A stretch of DNA of 24,141 nucleotides from Ardenticatenia bacterium (GTDB lineage: Bacteria > Chloroflexota > Anaerolineae > Aggregatilineales > Ch27), in NCBI GenBank assembly GCA_026983935.1, contig JALSTC010000047.1, positions 1-24,141 on the forward strand, read 5' to 3'. The notes under the pieces are model-generated. The model was given only the letters and a program-made list of their open reading frames with translations, was not told the DNA's origin and searched no databases. Position 1 is the stretch's first letter, and every line of letters begins with the position of its first letter. Positions 1 to 11,884 of this stretch are shown in pieces. The translations under genes and the position numbers were made by a program.

Positions 1-1359
<1,359 letters not shown>

Positions 1360-1443
1360 ATATGAGATGGCACCTGAGGGGTACAGTAGAAAACGACAGG
1401 ACATATCAGGTTTCTGTGCCGGTGTGTTTAAGGAGCAAAGAAC

Positions 1444-2430
1444 ATGGCAAATTTGTCAACGACTTACCTGGGCGTCCCTTTGAAGAACCCGCTGGTAGTC
1501 GCTGCAAGCTCGATTTCCAGCTATATTGATCGCGTCAAGATGGCAGAAGACGCAGGGGCCGGGGCGCTGGTGATCCGTTCGCTGTTCGAGGAGCAGATTC
1601 AGCTCGATCAGCTTCATATGGAGGATGTACTGTCTGTAGGAAGTGAGGGCTATGCGGAAGCAACCTCTTACTTCCCTTCGGTTGAGCACGGCGGTGCCAA
1701 AGAGCACCTGATGTGGGTGGAGAAAACGCGCGAAGCCGTCTCGATGCCTGTTTTTGCCAGCCTCAATGCCGTTTCGCCGGGCGCGTGGACGCAGTATGCA
1801 AAGCAGCTTGCCGAAACGGGCGTGGACGGCCTGGAGATCAACTACTATGTCGTGCCAACCGATCCGGCCAAAACGGCCGGTGATATCGAGCAAACGCTTT
1901 ATGAGATTGTTGAAAGCATCAAGGCAGAAGTGTCGCTGCCGCTGGCCGTCAAGCTGAGCCCCTTCTACACATCCCCTGCTAATGTCGTTCATGAACTTGA
2001 GAAGCGCGGCGTTGAGGCGGTGGTGTTGTTCAACCGCTTCCTGCAGCCGGATATTGATCCTGAGCTTGAGACGCTTGTGAATGAGATGGTGCTGAGCAAT
2101 CCGATTGAGATGAAAGTGCCGCTGCGCTGGATTGCCCTGCTTTATGGGCGCACCAAGCTGGACCTTGCCCTGAACACCGGCGTGCATACAGGGCGTGATG
2201 TGGTCAAGGGCCTGCTTGCCGGGGCGACGGTGGTGCAGGTTGCCTCAACTTTGCTGGAGAACGGCATTCCCTATCTCTCGACCATGCTGCTGGATATTCA
2301 GAACTGGATGGATGAGAAGGGCTATGACTCGGTGGACGACTTCCGGGGTAAGCTAAGCCAGAAGAAGGTGGATGATCCATTTGCTTTTGAGCGATCCCAG
2401 TACGTGAAGCTCCTTTCGTCCGCTCAGTAA
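1444..2430 (+). CDS. Dihydroorotate dehydrogenase-like FMN flavoprotein (DHOD_like family), 328 aa
   Basis: MANLSTTYLGVPLKNPLVVAAS, SLFEEQI, LEINYY, VKLSP, LFNRF, GVHT..DVVK.LLAGA..VQV motifs. AAGGAG RBS at 1430-1435. The class-1 catalytic Cys (NxSCPN) is absent. Confidence 0.9.
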   Translation: MANLSTTYLGVPLKNPLVVAASSISSYIDRVKMAEDAGAGALVIRSLFEEQIQLDQLHMEDVLSVGSEGYAEATSYFPSVEHGGAKEHLMWVEKTREAVSMPVFASLNAVSPGAWTQYAKQLAETGVDGLEINYYVVPTDPAKTAGDIEQTLYEIVESIKAEVSLPLAVKLSPFYTSPANVVHELEKRGVEAVVLFNRFLQPDIDPELETLVNEMVLSNPIEMKVPLRWIALLYGRTKLDLALNTGVHTGRDVVKGLLAGATVVQVASTLLENGIPYLSTMLLDIQNWMDEKGYDSVDDFRGKLSQKKVDDPFAFERSQYVKLLSSAQ

Positions 2431-2458
2431 CAAATCCACGTTTACCAGCGAATATCAG

Positions 2459-2498
2459 ACATGCGCGGGCATGATAAAGTGTCCGCGCATGTGTTTTG
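2459..2498 (+). terminator. Probable intrinsic terminator after the DHOD-like gene
   Basis: 13-bp stem acatgcgcgggca / tgtccgcgcatgt (one G-U pair), 8-nt loop, followed by gtttt; 28 nt after the stop codon. Confidence 0.7.
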
Positions 2499-2573
2499 TG
2501 GGGATTGCCGGTCGCTTGGCGGCATGTTATGCTGACCAGCGGACGATTGGAACAGGCGGGATACCAGCGGCAT

Positions 2574-5261
2574 ATGAAGCTCCGTACACTCTGGCTGATG
2601 GTGTTGATCTTACTTTTGGCAGCCGGGCTGCGTGCCTGGAATCTGAGCACCCAGAGCATCTGGTTTGATGAAGGATTTTCCTGGCACGCGGCCACACAGC
2701 CCGATCTGATCGCCACCCTGAATGGTGACCCCACCAATCCACCCCTGTACTATCTCCTGCTGCACATCTGGGTCAAATTGACGGGCGATTCGGAGTTTGC
2801 GCTGCGGGCTTTCTCGCTGCTGCAGGGTATCTTACTGCTCGCCGTGATGGGATTTGCTGCCAGACGCTGGTCTGGCCGCCGCTGGTCGGCTGTCCTGGCG
2901 ATGGCGTTGGGCGCGTTCTTACCGCTGCTGTGGTGGGCCTCTCAAGAAGCGCGTATGTACAACACGCTGGCGCTTGCCGTGCTGGTCATGGCACTTGGAC
3001 TCATGCGTTTGCTGGGTGAGGTGCCGCCGTCACGTGGCTCCTGGGCTGCTGCGCTGGGGGGCGAACTGGTGGCTTTGTATACGCATAACACGGGAATTGT
3101 TGTGCTGGGGGCGGCGAATGCAGCGGTGCTGGGGGCCTGGCTGTGGGCGGTGCTGCGGCGGCAGCAGCCACGCCCTGGATTTCGGGCATGGGTCACGGGC
3201 CAGATTGTCATCGGTCTGCTGTGGCTCCCGGAACTGTTGGCACGGTTCGCCAGCGTTGGCGCGGCGAACGCGGCAACTGGCTCGACGGCGCTTTCCCCGG
3301 AAATGCTCTGGTACGCATGGCAGGCGTTGTGGGCAAGTTCCTGGGAGATGGTGCGCCAGAACGATCTGGCATTGCGAGGCGTGGCCCTGCTCTTGCTGCC
3401 GCTGATACCGCTGGCATTGACCGCGCTGCGTTCCCGGTGGGGCAGGCTGCTGGGCGGGCTTATTGCCGGGCTGTTTGTTGTGCTGATTGTGGCGCTGGCA
3501 GTGCCGGGAATTCACATGCATGGCCGCTATCTGGTCATGATCGCGCCGCTGGCAGTGATCATGCTTGCCGGGGGAACGGCGGCGCTGGTCTCACAGGCAC
3601 GCTGGACGCGGCTGCTGGCAGGCGCTTCTGTTCTTGCGGTGGCCATGGCCTGGACGCTGCTGCCCGGCAGGCCCGATCCGGCGTTCCAGCATGATCAGGC
3701 GCGGGAAATGGTGGCCTATTATGCCGATGTATTGGGGCCAGATGATCGCGTGCTGGCCTGGTCGTATGCTGACCGATACGAACTGCGCTACTACTGGTCG
3801 CGCTTGCATGTCCTGGCGGAGCTGATCGCGCTGCCGGAAGGTGCGGATGCAGATGAGATCGTTCCTCTGCTCAATGCCCATCTGCCGCAGACGGAAGCCG
3901 TCCGCGTGGAGTTGAATACCTGGTATACACAGCGGGCCGATGCACGGGGTATGCTGCCGTGCCTGCTCGGTCATGGTCAGCCTGCCCTGTCGCAGACATA
4001 CAGCGTCTACGGCATGTCTACCACTGCTTACCGCATTCGAGGGCCTTTACTGATGCCGTCCGGTGAATCCGCCGCACCTGTGAACTTCGGGGCGCTAACT
4101 CTGGAGCCAGAGCGCATCCCTGCGGATCCATTCCCCGCCGATCGGGGTGTCTGCCTGGCGTTTACGGTCACGGTGAATGAACGAACTCAGCAGGATGTTC
4201 AGGTGGCTGTAAATGCGCTGAATCCACAGGGATGGGAAATCGCGGGAGATGATGCCCCGGTGCTCACAGCGGCCCAGGTGCCCGTCAGTCGGCTGGATGT
4301 TGGTCAAACTGCCCGGGCCTATGCTTTGCTCTATTTTCCTCAGGGTACACCCCCAGGAGAATATCCGCTGCGTGTCCGGGTATACAGCGAATCGAATCCA
4401 TCGGGGTTTGATGTGCGCGATCCGGCAACCGGTGCGCCGACGGGCAAGGATGTGTCATTGGGTGTGTTAAGAGTGCTGCATGCTGACTGGCCGCCGTTTG
4501 AAGATGATTGCATGCGTGCCGCTGCACCGGATGTGTCCTTAAGTGGCTGTGAAGAGACGGGCGGTGAACTGGTTGCCGGCGATTCGCTGCGCCTCACGTT
4601 TCGCTGGCAGACGGCAGTGGATTCTCCAGAAATCACGGTGCGGCTGGCTGGTGATGGTTGGGAGGTGGCTGATACCCGTGCACTTACCGGTCGAGGCGCG
4701 GTTCTGGATTGGCGAGCGCTGCCTGTTCCTGCGGAGGCTGCTGGTACGGCTGAACTGACCGTGCAGGTCGGGGAAGGGTCTCAGGTGAGTCTGGCGGAGT
4801 ATATGATTGTGTCACCGGAGCATCGCATGACTGCGCCGGAAGTTGAGCGGCGGCTGGATGTCACCTTTCCCGGTGTTGGGACGCTTTATGGCCTGTCACT
4901 GCCGGAAGGTAGCGAAATTCCCGGTGGCATGCCCTTTGAGGCGGTGCTGGTATGGCAGGCCGCGGGCGTGACGGATATTCCTTATACCGTGACCGTACAA
5001 CTGCTTGACGCTGAGGGGCGCCTCCTCGCTCAGCATGATTCTCAGCCGGGCAGTAGCACGCGCCCGACCACCGGCTGGATAGCCGGGGAGTATGTGATTG
5101 ATCCTCATACGCTTGCGTTTCGGCCAGAGAGAGCGGATTACCGGGGGCCTGCACGCCTGATCGTGGCGTTATATGATCCGGCAGATGGGGCACGGCTTAT
5201 GACTGCTTCTGATGCCGATCATGCTGTGGCTGCGGACAACCTGGTCGTGGTCACGCCCTGA
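2574..5261 (+). CDS. GT-C fold membrane glycosyltransferase (PMT_2/GT39/ArnT-like) with a large extracytoplasmic C-terminal region
   Basis: SIWFDEGFS acidic loop motif, NPPLYYLLLHIW, SEFALR, SQEARMY and about a dozen hydrophobic segments. C-terminal beta-rich modules (LLAQHDSQP...TTGWIAGEYVIDPH). Start moved from 2496 to ATG 2574 (MKLRTLWL); 2529 is an alternative. Confidence 0.8.
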   Translation: MKLRTLWLMVLILLLAAGLRAWNLSTQSIWFDEGFSWHAATQPDLIATLNGDPTNPPLYYLLLHIWVKLTGDSEFALRAFSLLQGILLLAVMGFAARRWSGRRWSAVLAMALGAFLPLLWWASQEARMYNTLALAVLVMALGLMRLLGEVPPSRGSWAAALGGELVALYTHNTGIVVLGAANAAVLGAWLWAVLRRQQPRPGFRAWVTGQIVIGLLWLPELLARFASVGAANAATGSTALSPEMLWYAWQALWASSWEMVRQNDLALRGVALLLLPLIPLALTALRSRWGRLLGGLIAGLFVVLIVALAVPGIHMHGRYLVMIAPLAVIMLAGGTAALVSQARWTRLLAGASVLAVAMAWTLLPGRPDPAFQHDQAREMVAYYADVLGPDDRVLAWSYADRYELRYYWSRLHVLAELIALPEGADADEIVPLLNAHLPQTEAVRVELNTWYTQRADARGMLPCLLGHGQPALSQTYSVYGMSTTAYRIRGPLLMPSGESAAPVNFGALTLEPERIPADPFPADRGVCLAFTVTVNERTQQDVQVAVNALNPQGWEIAGDDAPVLTAAQVPVSRLDVGQTARAYALLYFPQGTPPGEYPLRVRVYSESNPSGFDVRDPATGAPTGKDVSLGVLRVLHADWPPFEDDCMRAAAPDVSLSGCEETGGELVAGDSLRLTFRWQTAVDSPEITVRLAGDGWEVADTRALTGRGAVLDWRALPVPAEAAGTAELTVQVGEGSQVSLAEYMIVSPEHRMTAPEVERRLDVTFPGVGTLYGLSLPEGSEIPGGMPFEAVLVWQAAGVTDIPYTVTVQLLDAEGRLLAQHDSQPGSSTRPTTGWIAGEYVIDPHTLAFRPERADYRGPARLIVALYDPADGARLMTASDADHAVAADNLVVVTP

Positions 5262-5281
5262 GGCGGTGTGCCGGTCCAGGA

Positions 5282-5821
5282 TTACGCGGATGGTGTATCG
5301 GTTGTTTCGGGTGCATCTGGTGAAGAGTCCTGCTCTGGAGTCTGCGGCCGGACGGGATCATTTGTGCTGGGTGCCGGTTCGGTGGGTGTGGGTGTGAGCA
5401 GCGCTGTTCGACCGTAGAAGCGGGTTTCCGGCAGCACCTGTCGTCCCGCAGCAATGAGCACACGCACGCGGTCAATCAGATTATGTGTCAGATAAGTTTT
5501 GGTGACGTATGCATCAGCGCCGCTGTTTAGCCCCATGCGAATGCTTTCCGGCTCAGCTTTGGCGGAGAGGATAAGTACGGGGACGCTGTTCAACTGCGGC
5601 ATACTGCGAATACGCGATAATACCTCCAGCCCGTCCATTTCCGGCATCATCAGGTCAAGGATAATCAGTGACGGCTTCAGTCCTTCTTCCAGAAGTGCCA
5701 GCGCGGCGGAGCCACTTTTCACAAGAATGGGCTGGATACCAATACGCTGCAGCAGAGTTGAGATCAACTCCCGTGCTTCCCGCTCATCATCAATCACCAT
5801 GATCTGTGTGTCGCCAAGCAT
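5282..5821 (-). CDS. Single-domain response regulator (receiver) with a Pro/Thr-rich C-terminal tail
   Basis: IMVIDDE, IILDLMMPEMDG (phospho-Asp), ILSA, GADAYVTK. AAGGA RBS before ATG 5821; the track's upstream extension to 6046 is judged spurious. Confidence 0.88.
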   Translation of the reverse strand: MLGDTQIMVIDDEREARELISTLLQRIGIQPILVKSGSAALALLEEGLKPSLIILDLMMPEMDGLEVLSRIRSMPQLNSVPVLILSAKAEPESIRMGLNSGADAYVTKTYLTHNLIDRVRVLIAAGRQVLPETRFYGRTALLTPTPTEPAPSTNDPVRPQTPEQDSSPDAPETTDTPSA

Positions 5822-6038
5822 ATAACCGTTCCTTGCAGCCGCAGCTATTGCAGCGCTAACAGCCGACGAGATACCGTTTCTTCGCGTTTCGCGCTTTTGG
5901 GTGGCTCGTATGCTAAGAATAGCATGGGACGCTGTTTTGTGCTGCAGGTTCATGTGGCACAGTCGTGCAGATTGGCTACAATTCGCCCCTGGTAGTGTTT
6001 CGTGGATTGTGAAGTTCTGGTGCCGATTGTGGGAAGAC

Positions 6039-7199
6039 ATGCACATCGCGTTTAATGGCTGGTTCTGGGATCGCCCGGATACCGGGAGCGGACAGTATGT
6101 GCGGCGGCTGCTGCATGCCCTTCAGGAGATCGATCCCGATCTTTTGCTGACGCTTGTGCTGCCCCCTCACATTACAGAGGTTGACGATCTGCCATCTGAT
6201 GTCAATCTGACTCATGCGCCAGCGAGATTCTCCGGGCATCTGGGTAAGGTATGGTTCGAGCAGTTTGCGTGCCCGAAAGCGGCAGCGAATGTTGGCGCTG
6301 ATCTACTCCATGTTCCCTACTGGGGTTCGCCACTGTCTTCGCCGCTGCCGGTCGTTGTGACGGTGCATGACATCATCACGCTGGCCATGCCGGTGTATCA
6401 GGGCGGAGTGCTGGCGCGTCTTTACACCAGTCTGGTAGCGGCTGGTGCACGCGGCGCGTCTTATGTCCTGACCGATTCGCAGGCTTCACGGGAGGAGATC
6501 GTCGAGCGCCTCGGCATACCTGATGAACGGGTACAGGTCGTGTGGCTGGCCGCAGACGAGCGCTTTCACTTGCGTCTCGGTGCGGAGCGTGATGCTGAAG
6601 TGCGTGCCCGCTACAATTTGCCGGAGCGGTTTGTGCTTTACCTCGGCGGTTACGATGTCCGTAAAAATGTACACACGCTGCTGCTGGCTTATACCTACGT
6701 CGGGCAGGCCGTTGGCGATGAAATCCCCCTTGTCCTGGCTGGACGTCCGCCCTCTCGCTGGGGCACGGATCGCTTCCCCGATCTGCCTCGCTATATCGAA
6801 CAGCTTGACATTGGCGGCTGTGTACGCTGGCTGGGGGAGGTTGACGAGGCGGATAAGCCATCATTGTACCGCTTGGCGGATGTGATGGTTTTTCCCAGCC
6901 GCTATGAAGGATTCGGCCTGCCAGTGCTGGAAGCGATGGCCTGCGGCACGCCGGTTGTGGCCTGTGATGTTTCCTCGATCCCTGAGATCGTGGAAGATGC
7001 AGCTTTTCTGGTAGACCCTGATGATGCCCGTGCCATGGGTGGTGCGATTCTGGGCATTCTGCTTCAGAAGCCCCTGGCCGATCAGCTTCGCAATCTGGGC
7101 CTGGGACGTGCGACAGCATTTAGCTGGCGGAAAACAGCGCAGGAAACACTGGCCGTGTATGAGAAGGTGCTCCGGGCAGCGGGCTCCGCTGCGGAATGA
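6039..7199 (+). CDS. Glycosyltransferase family 4 (GT-B, group 1)
   Basis: VTVHD, YLGGYDVRKN, FPSRYEGFGLPVLEAMACGTPVV (E-x7-E motif), FSWRKTAQET. Start set at ATG 6039 (MHIAFNG). Confidence 0.93.
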   Translation: MHIAFNGWFWDRPDTGSGQYVRRLLHALQEIDPDLLLTLVLPPHITEVDDLPSDVNLTHAPARFSGHLGKVWFEQFACPKAAANVGADLLHVPYWGSPLSSPLPVVVTVHDIITLAMPVYQGGVLARLYTSLVAAGARGASYVLTDSQASREEIVERLGIPDERVQVVWLAADERFHLRLGAERDAEVRARYNLPERFVLYLGGYDVRKNVHTLLLAYTYVGQAVGDEIPLVLAGRPPSRWGTDRFPDLPRYIEQLDIGGCVRWLGEVDEADKPSLYRLADVMVFPSRYEGFGLPVLEAMACGTPVVACDVSSIPEIVEDAAFLVDPDDARAMGGAILGILLQKPLADQLRNLGLGRATAFSWRKTAQETLAVYEKVLRAAGSAAE

Positions 7200-7203
7200 A
7201 GTG

Positions 7204-8427
7204 ATGAAGCGAACAATCATTCTCGGGTTCCTGTCGCTGCTCCTGGTGTCCTGTGCTGCCCGCACTGGTGTGCTGCTGACTCACAGTGGGCTGTTGAGCT
7301 ACGGTGACTCGGTCGAACAGGTATTGAGTGGCCCTGATCAGCAGCATCGCTGGGATTTTGTGGGGCGTGCGGGAGATGTGATCCGGGTCGAGCTGACTGC
7401 CCGCGGTATCAGTCCTGCCCTGACACTTGCGGATTCGACAGGGCAACAGCTTGGGGCAGTTTCCGAAGGAAGCTACGAAGGTCGTTCGGCTTTGGAAGAT
7501 ATTCGGCTGCCTGCTGATGGCGCTTATACACTGCTGATCACTCTATCCGGAGAAGGGCAGGGGATGTATACGCTCTCTCTATCTGTACAGCCGCCAGAAA
7601 CACCATCCCCGACGCTTGCAGCAGTACCCTCGGCTGTCTCAGTGTCGAATACACGCCAGCCTTCGGATGGCCCTGCACAGGATCAGCCGCTCACGCCATC
7701 GGTTACGGCGGTGCCGATAGCCGTCGAGTCAGGGATTCAACTGCAGCCGCGTCTGATTGTGCAGGGGCAGTTGCGCCAGCCGGGGGAAGTGGATCGCTAT
7801 ACGATATTTGGGGAAGCAGGCGATCTGATCACGCTTGGTGCGATGGTAGGCGAGAACAGTGCGGTTGATCCCTTTGTGGCCGTTTTCGATCCGGCGGGTG
7901 AAATGCTGGCACAGGCGGGTGACACTTTTGGATCGCGCGACGCGATCATCGCCGGAGTCAGGCTGCCGTCTACAGGTGCCTATATTGTTTTTGTCCGTGA
8001 TGCCGGCGGCCAGGCGATGGGTTCGTATGATATAGCCTTTGGCTATGGCACAACGATGCTTGATCATCTTCAGCCGGTCGCCGAGCCGGACGAGGTTTAT
8101 AACGGCGCGATGGTTGCGCCTGCGGTGCGCGATGTCTGGCCGCTGGAACTGACACTGGGGGATGTGATCAGTGCTGCGGTTGTCGTGGGGGATGACAGCC
8201 CATTGGACCCTGTACTCAGTCTTGTGTCGCCGGATGGAACGGTGCTCTATGAAGATGACAATGGAGGAGGCGGGCGCAATGCCGCACTCCGCCAGGTTAT
8301 CGCACCGGAAAGCGGGCGCTTCTTTCTGGCAGTCAGCCCCGCCGCGCCGCTTACGCTTGGTGCATACACGCTGATCTGGCGTTTTGAAGCCCAGGCTCCA
8401 ACGCCCTCTCTGTCCCCGGTGAAGTAA
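7204..8427 (+). CDS. Predicted lipoprotein with three PPC-like (pre-peptidase C-terminal) beta-sandwich repeats and a Ser/Thr/Pro-rich linker
   Basis: MKRTIILGFLSLLLVSC lipobox. Three repeats of the pattern D.(W/Y).F.G.AGD.I...DP...L..P.G......D.......LP..G.Y. No catalytic domain evident. Starts 4 nt after the GT4 stop (GTG 7201 is an alternative). Confidence 0.78.
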   Translation: MKRTIILGFLSLLLVSCAARTGVLLTHSGLLSYGDSVEQVLSGPDQQHRWDFVGRAGDVIRVELTARGISPALTLADSTGQQLGAVSEGSYEGRSALEDIRLPADGAYTLLITLSGEGQGMYTLSLSVQPPETPSPTLAAVPSAVSVSNTRQPSDGPAQDQPLTPSVTAVPIAVESGIQLQPRLIVQGQLRQPGEVDRYTIFGEAGDLITLGAMVGENSAVDPFVAVFDPAGEMLAQAGDTFGSRDAIIAGVRLPSTGAYIVFVRDAGGQAMGSYDIAFGYGTTMLDHLQPVAEPDEVYNGAMVAPAVRDVWPLELTLGDVISAAVVVGDDSPLDPVLSLVSPDGTVLYEDDNGGGGRNAALRQVIAPESGRFFLAVSPAAPLTLGAYTLIWRFEAQAPTPSLSPVK

Positions 8428-8434
8428 CCGATGC

Positions 8435-10181
<1,747 letters not shown>

Positions 10182-10259
10182 AAGTACCTCTGGGATGTTA
10201 AAATCGTGAAGTGATGTTACCATGCTTTCGAGGCTGAAGCCAATATCACCGAGGGGGTA

Positions 10260-11087
10260 ATGCTCAATCGAAGAGAAGTTTTGTACAGGCATCGTAAGCA
10301 TGGCCCGCGCCTGGTGTGGATCATATGGGTGCTGCCTGTGGGCATGCTGATTTGTGTTGTGGGGGCACTGCTGCTGTCGGTGCTGCCTGGTTTGGCTTTG
10401 CAGGCCGTGGGTTTTGCGCCCCAGGGCAGCGTGGATGCATTTTGGGCGAATCAGCAGGCGCAGGCGTCTGTCCCGCAGAATTCAGCGCCAGTTGGAGACA
10501 CAGGAACTGCCATGTTGCCGGGGGAAGATGGGGCTGTTCCAGCACCGACTGGCTATGCGGATTGGTTTCAGTGGGCAAACACGCCGGACGTGATCACGAT
10601 TGACGCAGGCCCACGGGGGCGTTTCACGCTTGATAGTGCACAGATGTTTGCGGAGACGTTGTGGATTGGTGATGGCATAGATGGTCTGCCGCTGGGCGTG
10701 ATGTCATTCCGTGAAGATGCGCTGGGAGAGATTTGCGACACATGGTTGGCTGGCTGCGCGGCGGAACAATATCGTGTGGACAGAGTGGACTTCCGTCCTG
10801 GTGGTGGCGTGATCTATGGGAGCGCCAATTTCGCTGGTTTTTGGCAGGATGCGGGGCTGGTGATGACGCTCACGTCGGATCGGGCAGGTTTTGACGTGGC
10901 GGGAATGGTACTTGGAGGCACGCTCTATGCTGTCCCCACAGACGGAGACATTGCCCATCAGATCGGGCGATTGGTGACCGAAGGGAATGCTGTTTTACGG
11001 CAGGCCCGCCTGATTACGGAGGGTTACACGCTTGCGGTCACCGAAATTCATCTGACAGACGATCGGCTGACCCTGGTCCTGCGTTGA
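10260..11087 (+). CDS. Hypothetical protein with a single N-terminal membrane anchor
   Basis: 275-aa ORF with GAGGGG RBS, basic N-terminus, hydrophobic stretch LVWIIWVLPVGMLICVVGALLLSVL, a low-complexity linker and a beta-rich C-terminal domain. Confidence 0.72.
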   Translation: MLNRREVLYRHRKHGPRLVWIIWVLPVGMLICVVGALLLSVLPGLALQAVGFAPQGSVDAFWANQQAQASVPQNSAPVGDTGTAMLPGEDGAVPAPTGYADWFQWANTPDVITIDAGPRGRFTLDSAQMFAETLWIGDGIDGLPLGVMSFREDALGEICDTWLAGCAAEQYRVDRVDFRPGGGVIYGSANFAGFWQDAGLVMTLTSDRAGFDVAGMVLGGTLYAVPTDGDIAHQIGRLVTEGNAVLRQARLITEGYTLAVTEIHLTDDRLTLVLR

Positions 11088-11101
11088 TTGGTAATCTGGC
11101 A

Positions 11102-11881
11102 TCAGGAAAGAAAAAGATCGCCGAATGTGCCGCTGACGGTCAGGTCAAGGGGGTCAATAGCCTTGTCATAGCCATTGGTTGCATAACGGCGGTCATCATA
11201 CTGCTGCCAGCGTGTGTTCAGCAGGTGTATGCCAAACAGCGAGCTTCCCTTAACGGTAAGCGCCGCTTCCATGTTATCCGGGACGGCCAGATAGATATCC
11301 CCAAATGTAGAACGAACATGAATCGGGCCGCCGGGATTATCTGGCACAACCATGCGGATGTCGCCGAAACCGGTGGCAACATGGGCCTGTCCAATGATCA
11401 GGCCGCGCATATCCACTTCAATGTTTCCCAGATAGGTGCTCAGCAGCAGGTCCCAGGGCAGATCGCCGGCCAGTCCAAGGTCCCAGTTGGCCTGAGAGAG
11501 CAGCCAGGTCTTGCCGCGCAGCAGCGTGAGCGCAGTGTGATTGCCGGTGACTTCCAACTCCGGACGGGAGCGGGCAGTGTACTGCCCGGCAATCAACCGC
11601 CCTTCACGCTGCAGGACACGCACGCGAAGGTCCAGTTCGCCGCTGTCGGCGCGCAGTGCGCCGGATTCGACGCTGCCGCGTGTAATGCCGAAATTCTTGC
11701 TGGCCCAGCTAAAGCCCAGGTCGCCCCGTACCAGTATCTGGATGCCGAATGCAACCAGCAGCAGGGGCCACAGTTGGAGCACATCGAAGGTGAGCAGCAG
11801 ATAGTTGTGCAGAAGCAGGAGAATCCCCATCACCGCCAGTACCACTGCCCACAGCCACAGGGTCAAGTTGCGCTGAGTCAC
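11102..11881 (-). CDS. LiaF-like / toast-rack (DUF5668 + DUF2154-type) membrane protein
   Basis: Two N-terminal TM helices with G..LLL.N....(W)..LWP.LLV..GI.IL pattern, then repeated G(D/N)I.(V/L) beta-solenoid units (LGNIEVD, FGDIRM, FGDIYL, FGDLFL). GTG start 3 nt after the sigma stop, with GGAG RBS overlapping that stop. Confidence 0.75.
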   Translation of the reverse strand: MTQRNLTLWLWAVVLAVMGILLLLHNYLLLTFDVLQLWPLLLVAFGIQILVRGDLGFSWASKNFGITRGSVESGALRADSGELDLRVRVLQREGRLIAGQYTARSRPELEVTGNHTALTLLRGKTWLLSQANWDLGLAGDLPWDLLLSTYLGNIEVDMRGLIIGQAHVATGFGDIRMVVPDNPGGPIHVRSTFGDIYLAVPDNMEAALTVKGSSLFGIHLLNTRWQQYDDRRYATNGYDKAIDPLDLTVSGTFGDLFLS

Positions 11882-11884
11882 CGC

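Noticed and set aside
5835-5864. Repeated GCAGC/ACAGC pentamers upstream of the receiver gene
   Set aside because: Irregular spacing and low complexity; no evidence of an operator or repeat array.
5822-6038. ORF-track N-terminal extensions of the receiver (to 6046) and GT4 (from 5901) that would overlap head-to-head
   Set aside because: Better starts matching the domain boundaries exist at 5821 (with an AAGGA RBS) and 6039; the region is a divergent intergenic spacer.
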